From NCBI GenBank assembly GCA_965223505.1, contig CBDCWP010000018.1, positions 1 through 21,246 of the forward strand: a stretch of 21,246 nucleotides of DNA, in the 5' to 3' direction. How positions within the stretch are numbered: position 1 is the first letter of the stretch; each line of letters starts with the position of its first letter. A program made the translations under genes and the position numbers. Under the pieces are notes generated by a model, which did no database searches, had not been told where the DNA came from, and saw nothing but the letters and a program-made list of their open reading frames with translations. Below are positions 1 to 8,311 of this stretch, piece after piece. Origin of the DNA: Planctomycetota bacterium (GTDB taxonomy: Bacteria; Planctomycetota; PLA2; JAEUHO01).

Positions 1-276
1 CACGCGCGCGCGACCAGATCGCGACCGCCATGCCCAGCGCGACGGCCAGTCCGACGACCAGCAATCCCGTGCGCCCCAGGCGTGCGCGAGCGAACGCAAC
101 CACGCGGCGGCGGCGTTCTCGACGGGACTACGCGTGGCCACCAAGGAAAGCTCGTAGATGACGATCCAGGGGATGAGGAAGAGCAGATTGACCGGCAGCT
201 CCCGCGTGCGCCGAACGTAGTCGTAGTGCAGGGGCGCGGGCTGCGCGCGCTTGCGTCGGGTCCGCCGGGAAGCCAT
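1..276 (-). CDS. Membrane protein, probably CPBP/CAAX-protease (Abi) family; 3'-truncated by the window edge, with an apparent frameshift near 85-90
   Basis: Not in the ORF track. My translation from ATG at 276 reads MASRRTRRKRAQPAPLHYDYVRRTRELPVNLLFLIPWIVIYELSLVATRSPVENAAAAWLRSL. After ~88 the hydrophobic reading (ARLGRTGLLVVGLAVALGMAVAIWSRAR) continues in another frame. The family call rests on recalled N-terminal resemblance only; catalytic motifs would lie outside the window. Confidence 0.5.
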   Translation of the reverse strand, partial: MASRRTRRKRAQPAPLHYDYVRRTRELPVNLLFLIPWIVIYELSLVATRSPVENAAAAWLRSLAHAWGARDCWSSDWPSRWAWRSRSGRARV

Positions 277-347
277 GCCCTCTGAATCGGTCGCTTCGCC
301 GGCCGGCTGAGGACGCCATCGTCATGCCCCGCATGCAGAATGGCGGC

Positions 348-1503
348 ATGGCCGGCAAACGCTCCAGCGCCGCTCCCACCGCGGCGACCTACTTCCCCCA
401 GCGCCTGCGCAAGGAAGCGCTGCCGACGGTCGTGGTGTTCGCCGGCGCCGAGCGCTGGTTCCGCGACCGGGGCGTCGAGATGCTCACCGCCAAGGTCCTG
501 CCCGACGGCGATCCCGGGGGGGCGCTGGTTCGCATCGACGGCAGGAATCCGGACGACCGTGCCCGCGTCGCGGGCGCGATCGAGGAGCTCCGCTCGTCGT
601 CGCTGTTCGCGACCTCGAAGATCGTGTTGATCGAGCACCCCGAGAGCGCGCCGTCGGACGCAATCCCGTCGTCGTCCACGCGTTCGAAGAGCCCCGTCAT
701 TCGATTGGCGACGGCCGGGTTGGAGCACCCCGCGCCCAACAGCATCCTGGTCCTCTCGACGGCGCAACCGGTGAAAGGACGCGGCGCGCTGCGCGTGGCG
801 CCGCTGATCGAGGCCGGCGCGTGGGTGATCGACTGTCGCGCGCTTTACGACGCGCCGGGGCCCTGGGAGCGCGGCGCCGCCGCGCACGATCACGAGCTGG
901 GGCGATTTCTTTCGCAGCGGGCCACGAAACGCTACCGCAAGAAGCTGCCCTTGGACGTCGCGCACGCGTTGACGGTGCTCGCGGGGTCCGAGCTCTCGGA
1001 TCTCGACGACGCGCTCGCTTCGGTCGCGCTGTACGTGGGCGAACGCGACGCCATCACCGCCGACGACGTGCATGCGGCGGTGGGGGGCCACGCGCGAGGA
1101 CCCGCTCTGGCGCATCGGCGACGCGATCTGGGACCGGGATCGAGAGGCGGCGCTCGCGCGCACGACCGCGACGTTCGAGCGCGGCACGACCGACGCGCGC
1201 GGTGCGGCGGTCGTTCGTCCGGAGTCGTTGTTCGCGATGCTGCACGCGACGCTGTTCCGCAGCTACAAGCAGGTGCTCGCCGGGGCGGAGGCGTTGAAGC
1301 GCGGCGAGAACCCGACGGAGGTGGCGCGCGCGAACGGCGTGCCCCCGTTCCTCGCCGATCAGTTCCTGGGCCGCTGCCGGCGCGATCCGCGCGCACTCCT
1401 GGCGTTGAACCGCGCGTTTCTCGACGCGGAGACCGGCGTACGCGGCGGCGGCGTGCCGCCACGGCTTGCGGCCGAGCGACTGGTCGTGGGGCTCTGCGAA
1501 TAA
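348..1503 (+). CDS. holA: DNA polymerase III delta subunit (clamp loader), split by a +1 G in the G6 run at 1082-1087
   Basis: N-part (ORF 324 frame): VVVFAGAERWFRDRGV...EELRSSSLFATSKIVLIE...LTVLAGSELSDLDDALASVALYVGERDAITADDVHAAV. C-part (ORF 1072..1503): ATREDPLWRIGDAIW...NGVPPFLADQF...AETGVRGGGVPPRLAAERLVVGLC. Removing one G joins them into ~384 aa with HolA architecture. Confidence 0.85.
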
Positions 1504-1681
1504 AGGGGGCAGGATGCGGGGGCGGGCGTGCCGATCGGAGACCTTGGACCAGGAGCGGTGTCGTACTTGGGCTGGCACGACACGCATGGGCGGGCCTCGG
1601 ATCATGGGCGCGGTGCTCACCTGGTGTCGTGATCGATACCGTGCCCGTGCTCGTGGCGCCTCTCCATCAGGTCGCAGCGGT

Positions 1682-1703
1682 CGTCGGCCCCTCTTTCTAC
1701 CTT
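1682..1703 (+). promoter_or_regulatory. Candidate promoter for mutL with PafBC/RecA-NDp-like geometry (CGTCGG-N10-TACCTT)
   Basis: CGTCGG at 1682-1687, 10-nt spacer CCCCTCTTTC, TACCTT at 1698-1703, ATG at 1714. The known actinobacterial consensus is TGTCRG-N10-TANNNT. Confidence 0.4.
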
Positions 1704-1713
1704 GTGCGGTCTC

Positions 1714-3499
1714 ATGGTCGCCCCCGTCATCCAGCTGCTCGACCCGCACGTCGTGAACCAGATCGCCGCGGGCGAGGTCGTGGACCGTCCGGCTTCGGTC
1801 GTGAAGGAGCTCGTCGAGAACGCGCTCGATGCCGGCGCGACCCGGGTCGAGGTACGCGTCGAAGAGGGCGGCAAGGCGCTGATCGAAGTCGCCGACGACG
1901 GCTGGGGCATGGGCCCGCAAGATCTCGAACGGGCCTTCCTGCCCCACGCCACCAGCAAGGTGAGCGCCGTGGAAGATCTCACCCACGTGGGCACGCTCGG
2001 CTTCCGAGGCGAAGCGTTGGCGAGCATCGGCAGCGTGTCCCGCGCGCGCATCGTCTCCCGGCCGCGCGACGCCGACGCCGGGCATCGCATCGACGACAAC
2101 GAGGGCGAAGTGTCCCCGGTCGCGCCGGCGGCCGCGTCCCCCGGCACGGTCGTGCGCGTCGAGAACCTGTTCGGACACGTGCCTGCGCGGCGGAAGTTCC
2201 TACGCACGCCCGGCACGGAGATGGGGCACATCAACGACCTCATGGGCCGCTTCGCGCTCGCGTTTCCCCACGTGGCGTTTCGACTGACGCAAGGGAAGCG
2301 CGTGCTGCTCGAGTGCGCGGCCGGGACGTCGCGGCTCGAGCGCATCGATCACGTCTACGGCGCCGACATCGCTGCGCAGCTGCTGACCGTGAACGACGCG
2401 AGCGGCGAACCGACGTTAGAGGCGTACATCGGTCCACCCACGCTCACGCGCCGCGACGGCCGTTTGGAGCAGGTGTTCCTCAACGGCCGCCACGTTCGCG
2501 ACCGCACCGTCATGCACGCGATCCGCGAGGCGTATCGCGACCTGGTGCCGCCGGGCGGCCACCGGCCCGTCGCATTCGTGTTCCTCTCGTGTGACCCGGC
2601 CCTGGTCGACGTCAACGTGCATCCCGCGAAGGCGGAGGTGCGCTGGCGCGACGGCTCGAGCGCGCACCGCGTCGTCCGCCGGGCGTTGCGCCATGCGCTC
2701 GAGCGCGCTGCGCCGGGCAAGGCGATCGACGTGCACGACCATCACGCCGCGACGGAGCGCGCCGTCGCCTTCGCATTCGAGCAAGGCCGCGGTCGCGCGG
2801 TGGGCACGGATGCGTTCGTACGGAGCGCGGTTCACGAGTCGACACCGGCGTTTCGAGCGACGTCCGAGAACGAACCGTGTGCGAGCGACGAGCCCGCGGT
2901 GGACGCGGGCACCGGGCCCCTGCGCCCGCTCGCGCAGGCACTCGGCACCTATCTCGTGCTCGAGTCCGAGGACGCCATCGTGCTCGTCGATCAGCATGCC
3001 TTGCACGAGCGCGTGCTGTTCGACGAGATCAACACGCGCCTGCGGGAGAAGGGCAATCTCGAGGGTGCAGCGCTTGCTGATGCCGACCGTCTTGAACGTG
3101 GGGAGCGCGGAGACGGCCGTGCTGAGCGAAGAAGCGGAGCTCTTGGCGACGCTCGGCTGGGTGGTCGAGCCCTTCGGCGAGGATGCCGTCGCCGTTCAGG
3201 GGGTGCCGGCGGTGCTTCGTCGTCCCGATCCGGAGGCGGCGTTGCGCGACATCCTCGACGTGCTCGAGACCGGGCGGCGCGACGGCCTGGACCGCACGGC
3301 GCTGTTGAGCGCGACCGTCGACAGTCTCGCTTGCCGCTCGGCCGTCATGGCCGGCGACCCCTTGCACCCCGACGAGGTGATGGCGCTGCTCGAGCGTGCC
3401 GAGGCGCTGGATCACAGCCACTCGTGCCCGCACGGTCGGCCTACGCGGCTCACACTCTCGCGCGGCCGTCTCGAGCGCTGGTTCCATCGAACCGTGTGA
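1714..3499 (+). CDS. mutL: DNA mismatch repair endonuclease MutL, split by a +1 G at 3063-3065
   Basis: GHKL ATPase motifs NQIAAGEVVDRPASVVKELVENALDAGAT, HATSK, TLGFRGEALASI and DVNVHPAK. The C-terminal domain has DQHALHERVLFD and then, in the shifted frame, QRLLMP (clamp-binding-like), ACRSA and CPHGRPT. Joined product ~594 aa. Confidence 0.95.
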
Positions 3500-4384
3500 C
3501 TACCGGCGCGTCGGATCCTTGAAGAGCTGGTTCCACGCGGGATCGACGATCGGGTTGATGCGAATGTCCTTCGGCCACGCGTAGAGGAAACGCGTCGGTT
3601 TCGGTTGACCCTCGTGCTGCCCCCACGCCTCGACGTTGCCGGGGAATCGGAACTGCGCGCCTTTCTTCCAACGCTTCATGATGTACCACTCGGTGCGTTC
3701 GCCCTTGGCCTTGCTACCCGGGATGGTGACGCTGCCGGGCCACGTCGCGCGAATGCCGCCCTTCCCGTCCGATTCGTACGCGAGATAGAAGAGCATGTCG
3801 TTCTTGCCGTTGAGCTGACGGCGCACCTTGAGCCAGTTGCCCGCGAAGCGTCCGCTGCCCTCGGTCTGGCCTTCGTACTTGAACGTGACGCCCGGACCCT
3901 TGAGTCCCTCGAGCGTCAGGAAGGTCGCGAGGTCCGCCAACCGCTTGCGATCGTCCTGCAGCTGCGCGACCGCGGAGGCGCCTCCGGGCGTGCCGTGGAT
4001 GCGCTTGCGCGTACCGTCGGGCGAGATGACCCAGAGCTGCTTGCCGTTGAGGATCTTGGTGGTGGTGTTGCGCAGGGCCCGTGTCTGTCGCCACTCCTGG
4101 CGGAACTTGTCCGGCGACTCGAACCACAAACGCAGGTAGCCCTCCTGATGGGTCTTGCGCTTCTGCAGGTCCACGTCGTCGACCTGCACGTCCTCGAGGT
4201 CGCAGAAGAACCGCTTGACCTCGTTGATGCCCTTCTTCCCGTCGTTGATGTACGCAATCGACTGGTCGAAGTAGAGCGCGCCGAGTCGGAGGTTCGGATC
4301 GTTGGGATCGGCCTGGCTCTCGGTCGGCGCCGTCAACAGAACCAGCCCAAGTGCGCTCAGTGCGAGAACGCTCGCGAGTCTCAT
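3500..4384 (-). CDS. Secreted protein of unknown function, LolA-like/lipoprotein-sorting fold suspected (paralog 2)
   Basis: Signal peptide MRLASVLALSALGLVLLTAPTESQA; GGAG upstream; LWFESPDKFRQE and a C-terminal DIRINPIVD...LFKDP pattern resembling LolA-superfamily proteins; clearly paralogous to the upstream gene. Confidence 0.65.
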   Translation of the reverse strand: MRLASVLALSALGLVLLTAPTESQADPNDPNLRLGALYFDQSIAYINDGKKGINEVKRFFCDLEDVQVDDVDLQKRKTHQEGYLRLWFESPDKFRQEWRQTRALRNTTTKILNGKQLWVISPDGTRKRIHGTPGGASAVAQLQDDRKRLADLATFLTLEGLKGPGVTFKYEGQTEGSGRFAGNWLKVRRQLNGKNDMLFYLAYESDGKGGIRATWPGSVTIPGSKAKGERTEWYIMKRWKKGAQFRFPGNVEAWGQHEGQPKPTRFLYAWPKDIRINPIVDPAWNQLFKDPTRR

Positions 4385-4395
4385 CTCCGGTCTCC

Positions 4396-5364
4396 CTACT
4401 TCTTCGGCGGCGGCTGGAACAACGAGGCGTCGATGCCCATGTTGATCTTAATGTCCTGGACGTCCGCCTTGAGGAACGGCGCCGGCTGCTGGCCCGTTCC
4501 AGGCATGGCCGAGTAGGCCTCGATCTTGCGCGGATAGCGCATGGCGCGCGGACGCTCCGGCGGGCTGTCGCGCCACTGCTTGAGGATGTAGTACTCGTCC
4601 GGGTACTTCTCCTTCGCGCTGCCGTCGACCTTGACCACCCCGGGCCACATCGCGGTCATGTTGCCGGAGGCGTCCTTCGTGTACGCCATCCAGAACGTGA
4701 TGTTCGCGTTGCCCGGCATGCGCCGAACGACCTTGGCCCACATGCCGGAAGGCGACGCCTTGGAGCTGAACGTCCCGCTTCCGCGGGTCGTGCCCTTGTA
4801 GTCGAAGATCACGCGCGGGCCCTTGAGCTCGCCGAGCGTGATGAACTGGGCGAGGTCGCCGAGCCGGGTGGCATCGTCGCTCAGCTGCGCGATCGAGCGG
4901 GCCCCCTCGGGCGTTCCGTGCATGCGCCGCACCCGGCCGTTGGGCTGGATGATCCACATGTACGACATGGGCGGCTTGAGCGTGCGATTGATGTTGAGGA
5001 TCTTCGTCGTCTTCTTGCCGCCGGTCGTCAGCTCCTGGCGGTACTTGTCGTTGCCCTTCCACCAAATGCGCATCGGACCCTTGTGGCGCGTCGCTTCGAG
5101 CTCGAGGTCGGCCTCGAGCTTGACGTAGAAGTCGCGGGCCTTGCCGACGCCGTTCTGACCCTTGGCCACCCAACGGATGCACTGGTCGAAGAGGCGCGCG
5201 CCGAGAACGTGATTCGGGTTGTCAGCGGGCTTCGAGGGTCCGTCGCCGCCGCGCGCGTAGCAAATCCCGCCCGAGGTGACCATCAGCAGGACCAGGGCCA
5301 GGGCGGCGCGCCGCACGCCGCGGACGGAGGCGAGACGACTCGCCGAGTGGATACGGAATTGCAT
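4396..5364 (-). CDS. Secreted protein of unknown function, LolA-like fold suspected (paralog 1)
   Basis: Start placed at ATG 5364, preceded by GGAGAG. Signal peptide ...VRRAALALVLLMVTSGGICYA; IWWKGNDKYRQE; C-terminal DIKINMGIDASLFQPP. About 322 aa. Confidence 0.65.
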   Translation of the reverse strand: MQFRIHSASRLASVRGVRRAALALVLLMVTSGGICYARGGDGPSKPADNPNHVLGARLFDQCIRWVAKGQNGVGKARDFYVKLEADLELEATRHKGPMRIWWKGNDKYRQELTTGGKKTTKILNINRTLKPPMSYMWIIQPNGRVRRMHGTPEGARSIAQLSDDATRLGDLAQFITLGELKGPRVIFDYKGTTRGSGTFSSKASPSGMWAKVVRRMPGNANITFWMAYTKDASGNMTAMWPGVVKVDGSAKEKYPDEYYILKQWRDSPPERPRAMRYPRKIEAYSAMPGTGQQPAPFLKADVQDIKINMGIDASLFQPPPKK

Positions 5365-5632
5365 GGCTCTCCAGCTTCTGCAGGGAAACGATCGGGATCG
5401 AGACGGCTGACCCCGGCGCCAGTGATGCCCCTCCCCCTTCGATCGGTCTCGTCGGGGGTGGGAATCTACCGGCGGTGCGGGGGACCGCGGCTCCGGAAGC
5501 GCCGCATTGTCGCGGACCGTCGGCAACTTTGTAGCAATGGGCCGACACGTTCCCGTCACGACACGGGTGCGGGCCTTGTGGACGGCTCACGTCCCGCCTG
5601 CGATCCTGCCCGCGCGTCATCGAGGAGCCCCT

Positions 5633-6949
5633 CTGCCCCGCACCCGCCCGGCCCGCACTCGCATCCCGCGTCCGGTCGTTCGCCGGCCGGCGCCGGGGGT
5701 GCGCCTGCATCTGCTGCGCCTTCCACGCTTTACGACGACGCTCTGCCGCGTGGCGTTCCACCGGCCGCTGGGACGCGACGCGACCGCGACCGCGCTCCTG
5801 TCGCAGGTGATGCAGTCGACGACGCAGCGCGACGTCTCGCGCTCGGCGCTCGCGGCCCGGCTCGCGGACCTGTACGGGGCCGCGTTGCACGTGGGGGTGG
5901 AGAAGCTCGGCGACCGGCAGCTGCTCGCCGCCACCCTCGAGTGGCCTACGGCGCACGTTCCGAGAAGCCGGGCCGTGCTGGCGCGCGGGCTCAGCCTCCT
6001 GCGCGACGTGGTCAACGATCCCAAGCGCGACGCGGCGGATGCCGTGTCGCTCGACCGGGACGTCGTCGAGACCGAGCGGCGCAATCACAGGCGCGCGCTC
6101 GATGCGCTGGGCAACGACAAGGCTCGCTACGCGCTTCGACGGTGCGTGGCGTCGATGTGCGCGAACGAGCCCTTCGGACAAGAGGTGCAGGGGCGGGTGG
6201 AGGACCTCGAGCGCCTGGACGGGACGGCGCTGGCGGCCTTGCACCACCGCTTGGTGCGCAAGGCGCCCGTGGACATCTTCCTCGTCGGCGACCTGTCGCT
6301 CGAGCAAGCCGTCGGCGCGGTCCGCGACCACCTGCTGTGGCCGCGGGACGCGAAGCCGTGGCGCATGCCGGCGGCCGCCTCCGCGCGGGCGGCGCGAGCG
6401 CGGCCCCGTCGCATCGTCGAGCGGCAGGCGCTCGCTCAGGGCAAGCTGGTCCTGGGATATCGCGCGCCGATTCGGCCCGGCAGCGCCGCTTCGTACGCTG
6501 CGGAGGTGCTCGCGGGCGTGCTGGGGGGCGGCGCCTACGCGCAGCTCTTCAAGATCGCGCGCGAGCAACGCGGGCTCTGTTACTACGCGTCCGCAGGTTG
6601 GAATCGCGCCAAGGGGCTGTTGGTGCTCCAGAGCGGCATCGACCGCTCGGACGAGCCCGCGGCGCGCCGGTTGTTCCAGCACCTGGTCCGCAAGGCGGCG
6701 GCCGGCACGCTCGATCCCGAGGCCCACGAGGGGTTTCTGCAGTCGCGCCGGCGTTGGATCGAGTCCCTCGGCGACTCGCGTCCGGCCATGCTGGCCTGGA
6801 TCCAGCAAGCCGACGCGCTGGGCCTCGACTCGGATCCCGCGGCCTACGTCGATACGCTCGCGTCCGTCACGCCTGCGCAGGTGCGTCGCGCCGGCGAGCG
6901 ACTCGCCCTCGACACGACCTTCTATCTCGAACCTCGTCCGGCGGACTGA
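5633..6949 (+). CDS. ymfF: M16 family peptidase, non-catalytic subunit (YmfF/YfmF-like); start uncertain (CTG 5633 or ATG 5537)
   Basis: RFTTTL, LADLYGAAL, NDKARYALRRC, QGKLVLGYR and GVLGGGAYAQLFKIAREQRGLCYYASA match the YmfF pattern; no HXXEH motif. It lies 3 nt upstream of the catalytic partner. Confidence 0.75.
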   Translation: MPRTRPARTRIPRPVVRRPAPGVRLHLLRLPRFTTTLCRVAFHRPLGRDATATALLSQVMQSTTQRDVSRSALAARLADLYGAALHVGVEKLGDRQLLAATLEWPTAHVPRSRAVLARGLSLLRDVVNDPKRDAADAVSLDRDVVETERRNHRRALDALGNDKARYALRRCVASMCANEPFGQEVQGRVEDLERLDGTALAALHHRLVRKAPVDIFLVGDLSLEQAVGAVRDHLLWPRDAKPWRMPAAASARAARARPRRIVERQALAQGKLVLGYRAPIRPGSAASYAAEVLAGVLGGGAYAQLFKIAREQRGLCYYASAGWNRAKGLLVLQSGIDRSDEPAARRLFQHLVRKAAAGTLDPEAHEGFLQSRRRWIESLGDSRPAMLAWIQQADALGLDSDPAAYVDTLASVTPAQVRRAGERLALDTTFYLEPRPAD

Positions 6950-6952
6950 CGC

Positions 6953-8230
6953 GTGAGCACGCCCTTCGAAACCCTCCGCGAGCCCCTGACGAAGCGGCCG
7001 CTGCTGCGCGCAACGAGCCGCGCCGGTGTGGAGCTGTGGATTGCGCCCATGCCGGGCTTCGCGAAGACCTTCGGATCGGCGACCGTTCGGTTCGGGTCGC
7101 TCGACACCCACCTGCCGGACGGCACGGTGCTGCCCGACGGCATCGCGCACTTCCTCGAGCACAAGATGTTCCAGACGCGCGACGGCGACGTGTTCGACCT
7201 CTACGCCGCGCGAGGGGCGTCGGCCAACGCGTACACGAGCTTCGACCACACGACGTACCTGTTCACGGCGACACGCGACTTCGACGCGAACCTCGACACA
7301 CTGCTCGAGACGATGGCGGACATCACGACGGACCTCGAAGGGGTCGAACGCGAGCGCGGCATCATCGCGCAGGAGATCGCGATGTACGACGACGATCCGT
7401 CGTGGCGGGGGTACTTCAATCTCCTGCGGGCGTTGTACCGGCGGCATCCGATCCGGGTCGACATCGCCGGGGACCGGGCGAGCATCGGCCGGATCGACCC
7501 CGCGTTGCTGCGCCGCGTCCACGCCGCCTACTACGCGCCGACCAATCTGATCGTGGTGGTGGCCGGTGACGTCGATCCCGGGGCTGTCCTGGCCCGGGTC
7601 GACCGCGCGTTTCCCCGGCGCGCCGGCCGCTCGAACCGACGCAAGGCGGTGGACGAGCCCCGGTCGGTCGCCAAACGCGAAATTCGCGCGGCCTTGCCCA
7701 TCAGCCGCCCCAGCGTGTCGTTGGGCCTGAAAGATCGGCCCGCAACCGGGCGGCGCGGCCGTCTGCGGCGGCACGTCGTGACGACGATGGCGCTGGACGT
7801 CCTGTGCGCCGACGGCGGGCGCATCCAGCGCGCGCTGTACGACGAGGGCTTGGTCGACGACTCGTTCTCCGCGTACTACGAGATCGACCGGGACTACGCC
7901 TACGCGACCTTCAGCGCGGACGTCGACGAGGTCCGCCCGTTCCAGCGGCGTCTGCTCGCGTTGCTGTCGCGGAACGGAGGCGCGGCGTTCGACCCGACTG
8001 AGGTCGAGCGCAGCCGACGGCGCATGATCGGGCGGCACCTGCGCAACTTCAACGCGCCGGAGGAGGTCGCGCATTGGTTGACGGGCGTGGCGCTGGACGG
8101 CAACCCGCCCGGCGCGGGCATCGAGCTGTTGCAGTGCGTGACGCCGCGCATGTTGGCGCGTAGGTTGCGTGATCTCATCGACGCGCCGCGCGCGTGGTCG
8201 ATCCTCACACCTTCTCGTCGCGCGAGCTGA
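6953..8230 (+). CDS. ymfH: M16 family zinc metallopeptidase, catalytic subunit (YmfH/YfmH-like)
   Basis: Inverted zinc motif PDGIAHFLEHKMF, plus GASANAYTSFDHTTYLF, ERERGIIAQEIAMYDDDP, HPIRVDIAG and YYAPTNL. Confidence 0.85.
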   Translation: MSTPFETLREPLTKRPLLRATSRAGVELWIAPMPGFAKTFGSATVRFGSLDTHLPDGTVLPDGIAHFLEHKMFQTRDGDVFDLYAARGASANAYTSFDHTTYLFTATRDFDANLDTLLETMADITTDLEGVERERGIIAQEIAMYDDDPSWRGYFNLLRALYRRHPIRVDIAGDRASIGRIDPALLRRVHAAYYAPTNLIVVVAGDVDPGAVLARVDRAFPRRAGRSNRRKAVDEPRSVAKREIRAALPISRPSVSLGLKDRPATGRRGRLRRHVVTTMALDVLCADGGRIQRALYDEGLVDDSFSAYYEIDRDYAYATFSADVDEVRPFQRRLLALLSRNGGAAFDPTEVERSRRRMIGRHLRNFNAPEEVAHWLTGVALDGNPPGAGIELLQCVTPRMLARRLRDLIDAPRAWSILTPSRRAS

Positions 8231-8275
8231 GAATGAGCAGCGGCGTTCCCAACCGTCGCGCACAAATTCGGCGGC

Positions 8276-8303
8276 TTGCTCGGCACGGCGTCGGCCGTAG
8301 AAT
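8276..8303 (+). promoter_or_regulatory. Candidate sigma70-type promoter for a leaderless WYL-gene transcript
   Basis: TTGCTC (8276-8281), 16-nt spacer, TAGAAT (8298-8303); ATG at 8312 with no Shine-Dalgarno. Confidence 0.5.
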
Positions 8304-8311
8304 CCCGAGCC

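Noticed and set aside
1573..1590. TGGCACG (and TGGCAG near 9523) as sigma54 promoters
   Set aside because: There is no GC at the required GG-N10-GC spacing.
1088..2594. Apparent 756-aa HolA fusion running into the mutL region
   Set aside because: Out-of-frame read-through after the G-run indel; the real C-terminus is in ORF 1072..1503.
3063..3065. Phase-variable mutator switch in mutL
   Set aside because: A 3-G run is too short for a contingency locus, and similar indels hit neighbouring genes including holA, which points to sequencing error.
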